A program made the position numbers and the translations under genes. The notes beneath the pieces were generated by a model. The model ran no database searches. It was not told the origin of the DNA and was given only the letters and a program-made list of their open reading frames with translations. 46,372 nucleotides of DNA from Minisyncoccota bacterium (GTDB lineage: Bacteria; Patescibacteriota; Minisyncoccia; Minisyncoccales; GBS-2), in assembly GCA_938023415.1 (NCBI GenBank), contig CALHEE010000012.1:1-46372 (forward strand), given 5' to 3'. Shown in pieces: positions 34,065-42,162 of this stretch. The stretch's first letter is position 1. Each line of letters starts with the position of its first letter.

Positions 34065-36095
34065 TCAACTCTTAAGTTCTCTGTCAAAATTACATTTTTC
34101 ATTTGAACATTTGACTTTATTTCCCATTTTCACTAAAAGAGAATTGCATTTTGGACATTTTTCACCGGTCGGTTCTGCCCATAACACAAAATCACATTTT
34201 GGATAATTTGAACAACTCCAGAATAATTTTCCTTTTTTACTTTTCTTTTTTAAGATTTCACCCTCTTGGCATTTTGGGCAGAGAATACCGGTAGAGTTTT
34301 CTAAATCTTGAGTAAATTTACATTTTGGATAATTAGAACAAGCTAAAAACCTTCCGTATTTTGAAACCCTTACCAAAAGAGGGGCCTTACATTTTGGGCA
34401 TTTTTTTTCTGTCTTTTCCAAAATCCCTGCCCCCTTAATTTCTTTATATTTTCTCTTTAAATTTTCTTCAAAAGGTTGATAAAAATCTTTTAAGGTTTCC
34501 ACCCAATCTTTTTTTCCGTTGGCAATCTGATCTAATTCATCTTCCATTTTGGCGGTAAAAGAAACATTAACTATTTCTGGGAAATGCTTGACCAAGAGAT
34601 CGTTAACAGCAAAACCCACCGCGGTGGGATAAAATCTCTTTTTTTCATCTTTTTTAACATAATTTCTTTCCTGAATGGTGGCTAAAATAGGAGCATAAGT
34701 TGACGGTCTTCCTATTCCGTGTTTTTCTAATTCTTTAATTAAGCTTGCCTCAGTATATCTTGGCGGAGGCTGGGTGAAGTGTTGGGTTGGGATTAATTTT
34801 ATTAATTCCAAAATTTCTTTTTCTTTCAAATCAGGAAGTTGAGTCTCTTCAATTTCAAGGGGATAGATTTTTAAAAATCCCTCAAATTTTAAAATTTCTC
34901 CTTTGGCCAAAAATGTATAATTTTTAGCTGAAATTTCTACTTTTGTCTGGTCAAAAATTGCCTCTTTCATTTGGGAAGCCAAAAACCTTCGCCATACCAA
35001 ATCATAAAGTTTTAGTTGTTGGGCATTTAATCTTTCTTTTAAAATTTCTGGAGTTTTTTCAACATCGGTTGGTCTTATTGCCTCATGGGCTTCTTGGGCG
35101 ACTTTTGATTTCGTTTTATATTTTCTCATCTGGTAATATTTTTCGCCCAAATTTTTTAAAATATATTTTTTTGCCATTTCCAAGGCCAAATCAGAAAGAT
35201 TAAGCGAATCAGTCCTCATGTAGGTAATATATCCCATCTCATACAACTGCTGAGCTATTTCCATCGTTTTTTCTGCTGACCAGCCAAATTTAGTGGAAAA
35301 AGTTTGTTGTAAAGTGGAGGTCATGAAAGGTTCAGGAGGATTTTTTTTCCTTTCCTTCTTTTCTACTTTTTCAACGATAAATTTTTCCCCCCTTAATTCT
35401 TGGACAATTTCTTTAGCCTCTTTTTCATTCTTTATTCCCAATTGGGGAATTTGTTTTCCATCTTTTTTTGTTAAAAGCGCCTTAAATTCCTTTTTTTCTT
35501 TTGTTTTCAAAAGTGCTTCTATCGTCCAGTACTCTTGAGGCTTGAAATTTTGAATTTCTCTTTCCCTTTCCACGATAAACCTTAAGGCAACTGATTGAAC
35601 CCTTCCGGCGGACAATCCTTTGGCAATTTTTTTCCATAAAAGAGGAGAAAGCTTATAACCGACAATTCGATCTAAAATTCTTCTCGCTTGTTGGGCATTA
35701 ACTAAATTCATATCGATTTTTCTGGGATTTTTCATTGCTTCTTTTATTGCTTTTTCCGTGATTTCATGAAAGACGATTCGCCAGTAAGGTTTTTTCTTTC
35801 CCAATTTCAAAAGAATTACCAAATGCCAGGCAATGGCTTCTCCTTCTCTGTCAGGGTCACAACTTAAAATGACCAATTTCGCTTTTTCCGCCGCTTTCTT
35901 TAATTCTTTTATTCTTTCTTTTGCTTTTGGAAGAATAACATAGGTGGGTTGAAAACCATTTTCAATATCTACCCCGAATTTATCTTCTGGCAAATCCCTG
36001 ACATGCCCAAAGGAAGCCATGATTTTATAATCTTTGCCCAAAAATTGAGAAATAGTTTTGGCCTTAGTAGGACTTTCTACGATTACTAATTGCAT
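34065..36095 (-). CDS. topA: DNA topoisomerase I
   Basis: Toprim start (LVIVESPTKAKTI), the active-site region GYITYMRTDS, and three C-terminal C4 zinc ribbons (CPKC...CSNYPKC twice, plus CPKC...CSNEKC). Confidence 0.95.
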   Translation of the reverse strand: MQLVIVESPTKAKTISQFLGKDYKIMASFGHVRDLPEDKFGVDIENGFQPTYVILPKAKERIKELKKAAEKAKLVILSCDPDREGEAIAWHLVILLKLGKKKPYWRIVFHEITEKAIKEAMKNPRKIDMNLVNAQQARRILDRIVGYKLSPLLWKKIAKGLSAGRVQSVALRFIVEREREIQNFKPQEYWTIEALLKTKEKKEFKALLTKKDGKQIPQLGIKNEKEAKEIVQELRGEKFIVEKVEKKERKKNPPEPFMTSTLQQTFSTKFGWSAEKTMEIAQQLYEMGYITYMRTDSLNLSDLALEMAKKYILKNLGEKYYQMRKYKTKSKVAQEAHEAIRPTDVEKTPEILKERLNAQQLKLYDLVWRRFLASQMKEAIFDQTKVEISAKNYTFLAKGEILKFEGFLKIYPLEIEETQLPDLKEKEILELIKLIPTQHFTQPPPRYTEASLIKELEKHGIGRPSTYAPILATIQERNYVKKDEKKRFYPTAVGFAVNDLLVKHFPEIVNVSFTAKMEDELDQIANGKKDWVETLKDFYQPFEENLKRKYKEIKGAGILEKTEKKCPKCKAPLLVRVSKYGRFLACSNYPKCKFTQDLENSTGILCPKCQEGEILKKKSKKGKLFWSCSNYPKCDFVLWAEPTGEKCPKCNSLLVKMGNKVKCSNEKCNFDRELKS

Positions 36096-36942
36096 AAATA
36101 TTTCCTCCTAAATTTTTTACTTTACCTTTAATTTCTAAAATTGCAAGAATCGCTGCCACCTTTGGGGCGGATAATTTTGTTTTCTCAATTATTTTTTCAA
36201 TATCTAAAGCCCCCTCCTTTAACACTTTCAAAATCAAGTACTCTTGAGGGCTCTCAGTTTCCATTTCTTTTTCTTTCTTTTCTGTTTCAATTCCCAATAC
36301 TTCTAAGATATCTTTGGCTTCTTCCACCAATTTTGCCCCTTTTTTAATTAAATAATGACAACCTTTTGAGGTCTGAGAAAAAATTGAGCCAGGGATGGCA
36401 AAAACTTTTCTTTTTTGAGAAAAAGCGTATTCAGCAGTGATGATCGCTCCAGATTTCATTCTTGCCTCAATGACCAAAACTCCCAGGGACAATCCAGAAA
36501 TTATTCTGTTTCTCTGAGGAAAGGTATATTTTGCTCCCGGAGTCCCTGGTGGATATTCTGAAATCAGACAGCCTTCGTTTTCTAAGATTTTATCGATTAA
36601 TTTCAGATTTGATTTTGGATAGATTGACTTTTTATCCAAATCTGTTCCCAAAACCGCCACCGTAGGTTTTTTACTTTCGATCACTGCCTGATGGACAAGA
36701 GTATCAATTCCCGGAGCAAATCCAGAGACAATAATTAAACCTGCCTCAGCCAATTCTCTGGCTATTTGCCAACTTACTTCTTTTCCATATTCTGAACATT
36801 TCCGAGTGCCCACTATCGCAAAGCAGTCCTTTTTTGGTAGATTGCCAAGATAGTAAAGAAGGCTTGGAGGATTTTTAATTTTCTTTAAAAGCCTTGGATA
36901 ATTTTCGCTTTCAATAGAAACAGTTTTAATTTCTTCCATCAT
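36064..36942 (-). CDS. dprA: DNA-processing protein DprA (Smf)
   Basis: IVGTRK.S.YG, SG.A.GID and QRNRIISGLS motifs, with a C-terminal winged-helix tail. It overlaps the topA start by 32 nt. Confidence 0.9.
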   Translation of the reverse strand: MMEEIKTVSIESENYPRLLKKIKNPPSLLYYLGNLPKKDCFAIVGTRKCSEYGKEVSWQIARELAEAGLIIVSGFAPGIDTLVHQAVIESKKPTVAVLGTDLDKKSIYPKSNLKLIDKILENEGCLISEYPPGTPGAKYTFPQRNRIISGLSLGVLVIEARMKSGAIITAEYAFSQKRKVFAIPGSIFSQTSKGCHYLIKKGAKLVEEAKDILEVLGIETEKKEKEMETESPQEYLILKVLKEGALDIEKIIEKTKLSAPKVAAILAILEIKGKVKNLGGNIYAISNRRKSY

Positions 36943-38930
36943 TTTCTTAATTTTTCAATCGCTTCACTTAATAACTGACAATACAAATTTAAACCAACTT
37001 TATTTATATTTCCGGATTGTTCTTTTCCCAAGATGTTTCCTGCTCCTCTCATCTCCAAGTCCTTCAAAGCAATTTTGTATCCAGAACCTACTTTTTCTGC
37101 CTCTTTTAAGGCATTTAACCTTTCTTTCGCCAAAGCTGACAATTTTTGAGGATAGAGAAAATAGGCAAAAGATTGGACAAAAGATCTTCCCACTCTTCCT
37201 CTAATCTGATAGGCCTGAGAAAGCCCTAATTTTGTCGCATCAGCAACGATTAAAGTGTTGACATTAGGCAGGTCTAACCCTGCTTCAATGATGGTGGTAG
37301 CTACCAGCACATCTACCTTTTTTTGCTGAAATTCTTCCATCACCCTTACTAACTCCCTCTCTCTCATTTTGCCGTGGGCAATGGCAAATTTGGGTTTGAT
37401 TTTCCATTTTAGCCCTTCTAAAAACTTTTTGGCAACCTCGATTGTTTCTACTCGATTATGAAGGTAATAAACCTGTCCCCCTCTTTCTACTTCTTTTTCG
37501 ATGGCATTTTTAATTATTTCTTCTTGAAACGGACAAACGAAGGTTTTAACAGGCAATCTTCCCAAAGGGGGAGTTTGAATGAGGGAAATATCTTTCAAAG
37601 ACGATAAAGCCATGTAAAGAGTGCGCGGAATGGGAGTGGCAGAAAGAGAAAGGATGTCTAATTGAGCTCTTAATTTTTTAAATTTTTCCTTTTGTAAAAC
37701 TCCAAATTTGTGTTCGTCGTCTATCACCAGCAACCCTAATTTTTTTTCCACCCAGTCTTCAAGATCTTTTGATAAAAGGCGGTGAGTTCCAATAACAATG
37801 TCAATCTTCCCTTCTTTTATTTCTTTTACAATCTTTTTTTGCTCTTTTTTAGTTTGTAATCTCGAAAGTAAAGCTATTTTGATGGGTAGATTTTTCAATC
37901 TTTCCTTGAAATTTTGATAGTGTTGATTAGCTAAAATGGTTGTAGGAGAAAGTAGGGCTGCTTGATATCCCGATTTTACTACCTTGACCATCGCCCTAAG
38001 GGCAACCTCAGTCTTTCCAAACCCTACATCACCACAAAGTAATCTATCCATGGGTTTATCACTTTCTAAATCTTTTTTTACTTGTTCAATGGCCTCAAAT
38101 TGATCTGGAGTTTCTTCAAAAGGGAAAGTTTCTTTCAAGTATCTTTCTATCTCATCTTCTGGCAAATAAGGCGGACGCCTTACAATTTCTCTCTGGGCAT
38201 AGATTTTCAACAATTCCTTGGCTAATTTTTCCACTTCTTTTTTTACTTTCTTTTTTGTTTTTATCCAATTCAAACCTCCCAACCTTGAAATTTTCGGTTC
38301 TGAAAAACCAATATATCTGGAAAGCTTTTTTTCTAAGCCTAATGGGACAAAAAGCTTATCTCCCTGAGCGTATTCTATTTCATAATAAATTTTATTTTCG
38401 ATTTTCTTTTGCCCTTTGTAGATGCCGATTCCATGATCTAAATGGACGAGATATTCATTTAGTTTGAGATTTTTTAAATCAGAAAAAATTCTTTGAGATT
38501 TTAATCTTTTTTGCAAAAGTTCCTTTGCTTTCTTTTCATCTTCTAATTTCTTTTTTGTTTCTAAAATTTTCTCAATTTTGTTTCCAAAAAATTCAATTTG
38601 GTAGGCAAAATTAGAGTTTACGGGAAACACCTCTAAAATTCCTCCTTTTTGAGAAAATTCTCCAATTTCTGAAACCTCCCAAACCTTTTCATATCCCATC
38701 TCGTCTAGTTTTCTTAAAAGCTCAGAAAGAGAAATTTTTTTTCCTTTTTCTAAGTAGAGAATGTTTTCTTGGAAGAAAATGTTTGATTTTCTTGCTTCGA
38801 GAATCTTTTTTAAGTTTTGCTCAAACCAAAAATTTTCTTTTTCTAAAAAATAAGGTAGAACACTGGTAATTAAAATATCTCTCTTCTCCCTTGACATTTC
38901 CATATTTTTTGTCTTTTCAAAAAACTTCAA
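36939..38930 (-). CDS. mfd: Transcription-repair coupling factor, shortened form (663 aa)
   Basis: CarD/RID-like block (YLVHLDHGIGIYKG...IEYAQGDKLFVP), superfamily-2 ATPase motifs (ETPDQ, GDVGFGKTEVA, DDEH, SATPIPRT, QIRGRVGRS) and a TRG-like region (LEMRGAGNILGKEQSG). Only ~155 aa precede the RID, and nothing follows the TRG region. Confidence 0.85.
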   Translation of the reverse strand: MKFFEKTKNMEMSREKRDILITSVLPYFLEKENFWFEQNLKKILEARKSNIFFQENILYLEKGKKISLSELLRKLDEMGYEKVWEVSEIGEFSQKGGILEVFPVNSNFAYQIEFFGNKIEKILETKKKLEDEKKAKELLQKRLKSQRIFSDLKNLKLNEYLVHLDHGIGIYKGQKKIENKIYYEIEYAQGDKLFVPLGLEKKLSRYIGFSEPKISRLGGLNWIKTKKKVKKEVEKLAKELLKIYAQREIVRRPPYLPEDEIERYLKETFPFEETPDQFEAIEQVKKDLESDKPMDRLLCGDVGFGKTEVALRAMVKVVKSGYQAALLSPTTILANQHYQNFKERLKNLPIKIALLSRLQTKKEQKKIVKEIKEGKIDIVIGTHRLLSKDLEDWVEKKLGLLVIDDEHKFGVLQKEKFKKLRAQLDILSLSATPIPRTLYMALSSLKDISLIQTPPLGRLPVKTFVCPFQEEIIKNAIEKEVERGGQVYYLHNRVETIEVAKKFLEGLKWKIKPKFAIAHGKMRERELVRVMEEFQQKKVDVLVATTIIEAGLDLPNVNTLIVADATKLGLSQAYQIRGRVGRSFVQSFAYFLYPQKLSALAKERLNALKEAEKVGSGYKIALKDLEMRGAGNILGKEQSGNINKVGLNLYCQLLSEAIEKLRK

Positions 38931-39493
38931 CTTCTGTTAAATTGAGCCATCCCTTTTTCAATTCCTTCTTTTAAGGAAAATTCAATTGCTTCAATGACCT
39001 TTTTTATTACCTTTTTTAAAATTTTTTCCTCTTCTTTGGTAAACTTTTCTAAGACAAAATCTTTTTTAGATTTTCTTTCTTCTCGACCAATTCCCAAGCG
39101 AAACCTCACAAAATCTTTACTCTTTAATTCCTCAATGATTGATTGTACACCTTTATGACCAGCTGACCCACGATTTTTTACAATTTTTATTTTTCCTAAA
39201 GGAAAATCTAAGTCATCATGAATTATCCATAAATTTTCAAGGTCGATCTTTAAATGTTGAACTACTAGTTTTAGGGCCTTTCCGGAATTATTCATAAAAG
39301 TTTGTGGTTTTATCAATAAAACTTCTTTTCCAAAAACACTACCTTCGCTTATTAAAGAAGAGAGTTTTTCTGAAAATTCAAACTTGGGAAATTTATTTTT
39401 TTTGGCAAAAAGATCGATCACTCTAAAGCCTAAATTGTGTCTGGTTTTTTCGAATTTTTTCCCTGGATTGCCCAGCCCTACAATTGAAATCAT
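38927..39493 (-). CDS. pth: Peptidyl-tRNA hydrolase
   Basis: IVGLGNPG..F..TRHN.GF, NNSG and the GHKG..SI motif. Confidence 0.93.
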   Translation of the reverse strand: MISIVGLGNPGKKFEKTRHNLGFRVIDLFAKKNKFPKFEFSEKLSSLISEGSVFGKEVLLIKPQTFMNNSGKALKLVVQHLKIDLENLWIIHDDLDFPLGKIKIVKNRGSAGHKGVQSIIEELKSKDFVRFRLGIGREERKSKKDFVLEKFTKEEEKILKKVIKKVIEAIEFSLKEGIEKGMAQFNRS

Positions 39494-39532
39494 AATTAAA
39501 TTATATCATTCAGCTTGTAAAATTAACAAAAT

Positions 39533-40099
39533 ATGCTATATTTTAAAAATATGAAAGGATTTTTTCAGTTTCTCTGGGAAATTATTGAAATTGTCGTCTT
39601 GGCTTTGGTCATTGTTTTGCCTATTCGCTATTTTATATTTCAACCTTTCATTGTAAGCGGCCAATCGATGGAACCGAATTTTGAAAAAGGAGACTACCTC
39701 ATTGTCGATGAACTTTCTTTCAGACTGAGAGAGCCAAAGCGAGGGGAGGTGATTGTCTTTAAATATCCCCTTAATCCTCGCCAACGCTACATTAAGAGAA
39801 TCATTGGGCTACCTGGAGAAAAAGTGACCATTGAAGAAGGAGTAGTTAAAATCAATGGTGAAGTCTTAGATGAAAAAGAATATCTTCCTCCTTACATCAA
39901 AACGGATGGAGTCTTAGAATTAAAATTGGGGGAAAACGAATATTTTGTTTTAGGAGATAATAGACCAGCTTCCCATGATTCTCGACGCTGGGGACCATTG
40001 CCAAGAAAATTTATTATTGGAAGGGCTTTTCTGAGACTTTGGCCGATTAAGGCCCTGGCTAAGTTTGAACCACCTTCTTACATTGGGTTACCTGAGTGA
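39533..40099 (+). CDS. lepB: Signal peptidase I
   Basis: An N-terminal TM helix, the catalytic Ser box SGQSMEPNF, the Lys box YIKRIIGLPGE, and GDNRPASHDSRRWG. An alternative start is the ATG at 39551. Confidence 0.9.
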   Translation: MLYFKNMKGFFQFLWEIIEIVVLALVIVLPIRYFIFQPFIVSGQSMEPNFEKGDYLIVDELSFRLREPKRGEVIVFKYPLNPRQRYIKRIIGLPGEKVTIEEGVVKINGEVLDEKEYLPPYIKTDGVLELKLGENEYFVLGDNRPASHDSRRWGPLPRKFIIGRAFLRLWPIKALAKFEPPSYIGLPE

Positions 40100-40116
40100 A
40101 AATCACAACTTGAGCC

Positions 40117-41400
40117 ATGACCCAGGCAAAAATTCAGAGACCTAGCGGAATGCACGATGTTTTACCTGAAGACCAAAAGTATTTCCAAAAAATTTTCGAT
40201 GTAGTTAAGGAAATTGCTGATTTTTATAATTTTCAAAAAATTGACACTCCCATCTTAGAGAAAACCGAGCTTTTTTCCCGAGGAATAGGCTTGGCCACCG
40301 ACATTGTCCAAAAAGAAATGTTTTCTTTTAAGACAAAAGGAGGAGATTATCTCACTTTAAGACCAGAAGGCACAGCCCCGGTGGCCAGGGCTTATATTGA
40401 ACACGGAATGCAAAACCTTCCCCAGCCAGTAAAACTTTGGTATTTTGGTCCCTTTTTTCGTTACGAAAAACCTCAAGCTGGAAGATATCGCCAATTTTGG
40501 CAATTTGGATTTGAAGTTTTGGGAGAGGAAAATCCGGTTATCGATGCTCAGATTATTCAAATTTTTTTTAACATTTTGAAAGAATTAAAATTGGAAAATC
40601 TGGTGATAAAGGTGAACAGTATCGGCGACCGGGCTTGTCGGCCGTACTATAAAAAACTTTTAAACAGCTATTTTAAATCACGCCTGGAAAGTTTATGCCG
40701 AGATTGCCGACGAAGGTTTAAAGAAAATCCTTTTCGGATCTTAGATTGTAAGGTAGAAAAATGTCAAACGATAGCTTCTCAGGCTCCTTTGATCATTGAT
40801 CATCTTTGCCAAGCTTGCCATGAGCATTTTAAAGAGGTATTAGAATTTTTGGATGAACTTTCCTTTCCTTACCATTTGGAACCACATTTGGTGAGGGGTT
40901 TAGATTATTACACGCGGACAGTTTTTGAAATATTTGAAGACAGTGAAGAGGGAAAAAAATTGGGAGCTTTGGTGGGGGGAGGAAGGTATGATGGTTTAAT
41001 AAAGATTCTTGGAGGTAAAGAAACGCCAGCAGTGGGAGGGGCAGGAGGAGTAGAAAGGATAGTTTCTTTGATGAAAGAAAAAGCGATAAGATTTCCGAGA
41101 GAGAAAAAAACTGAAATCTTTTTGGCCCAATTGGGTTTTTTAGCTAAGCGAAAAAGTCTAAAATTAATTGAAGAATTTAGAAAGGAAGGAATCAACATTT
41201 TTGAATCTTTAGGCAGAGATTCTCTTAAGGCCCAATTGAAATTAGCCGATAAATTGGGAGCAAAATACACCCTGATCTTAGGCCAAAAAGAAGCTCTCGA
41301 TAATGAAATTATCTTGAGAGACATGGCTTCTGGGAGGCAAGAAAAAATAAAAATTGATAAAATCATAGAGACAATAAAGAAAAAAATAAAAAAACCTTAA
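40117..41400 (+). CDS. hisS: Histidine--tRNA ligase
   Basis: G..D.LP, LRPEGTAP.AR, FRYE.PQAGRYRQF and GGGRYD motifs, with a C-terminal anticodon-binding domain. Confidence 0.93.
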   Translation: MTQAKIQRPSGMHDVLPEDQKYFQKIFDVVKEIADFYNFQKIDTPILEKTELFSRGIGLATDIVQKEMFSFKTKGGDYLTLRPEGTAPVARAYIEHGMQNLPQPVKLWYFGPFFRYEKPQAGRYRQFWQFGFEVLGEENPVIDAQIIQIFFNILKELKLENLVIKVNSIGDRACRPYYKKLLNSYFKSRLESLCRDCRRRFKENPFRILDCKVEKCQTIASQAPLIIDHLCQACHEHFKEVLEFLDELSFPYHLEPHLVRGLDYYTRTVFEIFEDSEEGKKLGALVGGGRYDGLIKILGGKETPAVGGAGGVERIVSLMKEKAIRFPREKKTEIFLAQLGFLAKRKSLKLIEEFRKEGINIFESLGRDSLKAQLKLADKLGAKYTLILGQKEALDNEIILRDMASGRQEKIKIDKIIETIKKKIKKP

Positions 41401-41404
41401 AATT

Positions 41405-41623
41405 ATGGCCCTGGAAGTTAAAAGAAAAGAAAAAGAAAGTCCCCAAAACTTAATCCGGCGCTTTACCAAAGCAGTCCAAGAGAGTGGAATTTTGAGACGG
41501 GCGAGAGAAAGGGCATTTAAAGTAAGAGAAAAATCTCGGGATTTAAAAAGAGAAGCTGCCCTAAGGAGAGAAGCGCTCAAGAAAGAATATGAGAGATTAA
41601 AAAAATTGGGGAAAATACCATGA
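41405..41623 (+). CDS. rpsU: 30S ribosomal protein S21
   Basis: 72 aa and basic, with ESPQNLIRRFTKAVQESGILRRARER.F..REKSR, typical of S21. Confidence 0.9.
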   Translation: MALEVKRKEKESPQNLIRRFTKAVQESGILRRARERAFKVREKSRDLKREAALRREALKKEYERLKKLGKIP

Positions 41624-42150
41624 GCTTAATGGAAAAAATCAATCAAGATTTTCAGCAAGCCTTAAAAGAAAAAAAAGAGGAAGAGGTTTCTGTTTTAAGG
41701 CTCTTGAAGGCAGTAATTTTCAATCGGGAAAAAGAAAAAAGATATAAATTAGTAAAAGAAAGAAAAGATATTGTCTTGGAAAAATTAGAAAAAGAAAGTC
41801 CTTTAGCCAAAGAATTAGAAAAAGAAAGCGCTTTGAGCGATGAGGAAATAATCGAGGTGATTCTAAGCGAGATTAAAAAAAGAAAAGAAGCCATTTTTGA
41901 ATTTGAAAAAGGAAAAAGAGAAGATTTGGTAAAAAAAGAAAAGAGAGAAATTGAAATTTTGGAAAGATATCTTCCTCCTCAATTGTCAGAAGAGGAAATT
42001 AGAAGATTAGCTAAAGAAACCATTAAAAAAATGAAGGCAGAAAGTTTGAAGGATATGGGTAAGGTAATGAAGGAAATGATTCCAAAAATTAAAGGAAGGG
42101 CTGATGGGGGTTTAGTTAGTAAAATTGTTAGGGAATTGTTGTCAAGTTAA
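41620..42150 (+). CDS. GatB/YqeY-domain protein
   Basis: I..D...ALKEKKE...S.LRLLKA.I ... EI.ILE.YLP and GKVMKE...K..GRADG..VSKIV, which is the classic YqeY pattern. It is downstream of rpsU, as in many bacteria, and contains an extra repeat-bearing insertion. Confidence 0.8.
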   Translation: MSLMEKINQDFQQALKEKKEEEVSVLRLLKAVIFNREKEKRYKLVKERKDIVLEKLEKESPLAKELEKESALSDEEIIEVILSEIKKRKEAIFEFEKGKREDLVKKEKREIEILERYLPPQLSEEEIRRLAKETIKKMKAESLKDMGKVMKEMIPKIKGRADGGLVSKIVRELLSS

Positions 42151-42162
42151 AAATCTTTGATA

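Noticed and set aside
33800-34206. ORFs 33800-34039 (-) and 33958-34206 (+), which span the tsaD/topA junction.
   Set aside because: Both are built on the tRNA-Leu(CAA) sequence and on the antisense of real genes. Neither has a start context or a recognisable fold.
39515-39542. A sigma70-like promoter TTGTAA-N16-TATATT upstream of lepB. It would imply a near-leaderless start at the ATG at 39551.
   Set aside because: The -10 candidate overlaps the alternative ATG at 39533, and hexamers like these are very common by chance in AT-rich DNA. I kept it only as a note on start-codon ambiguity.
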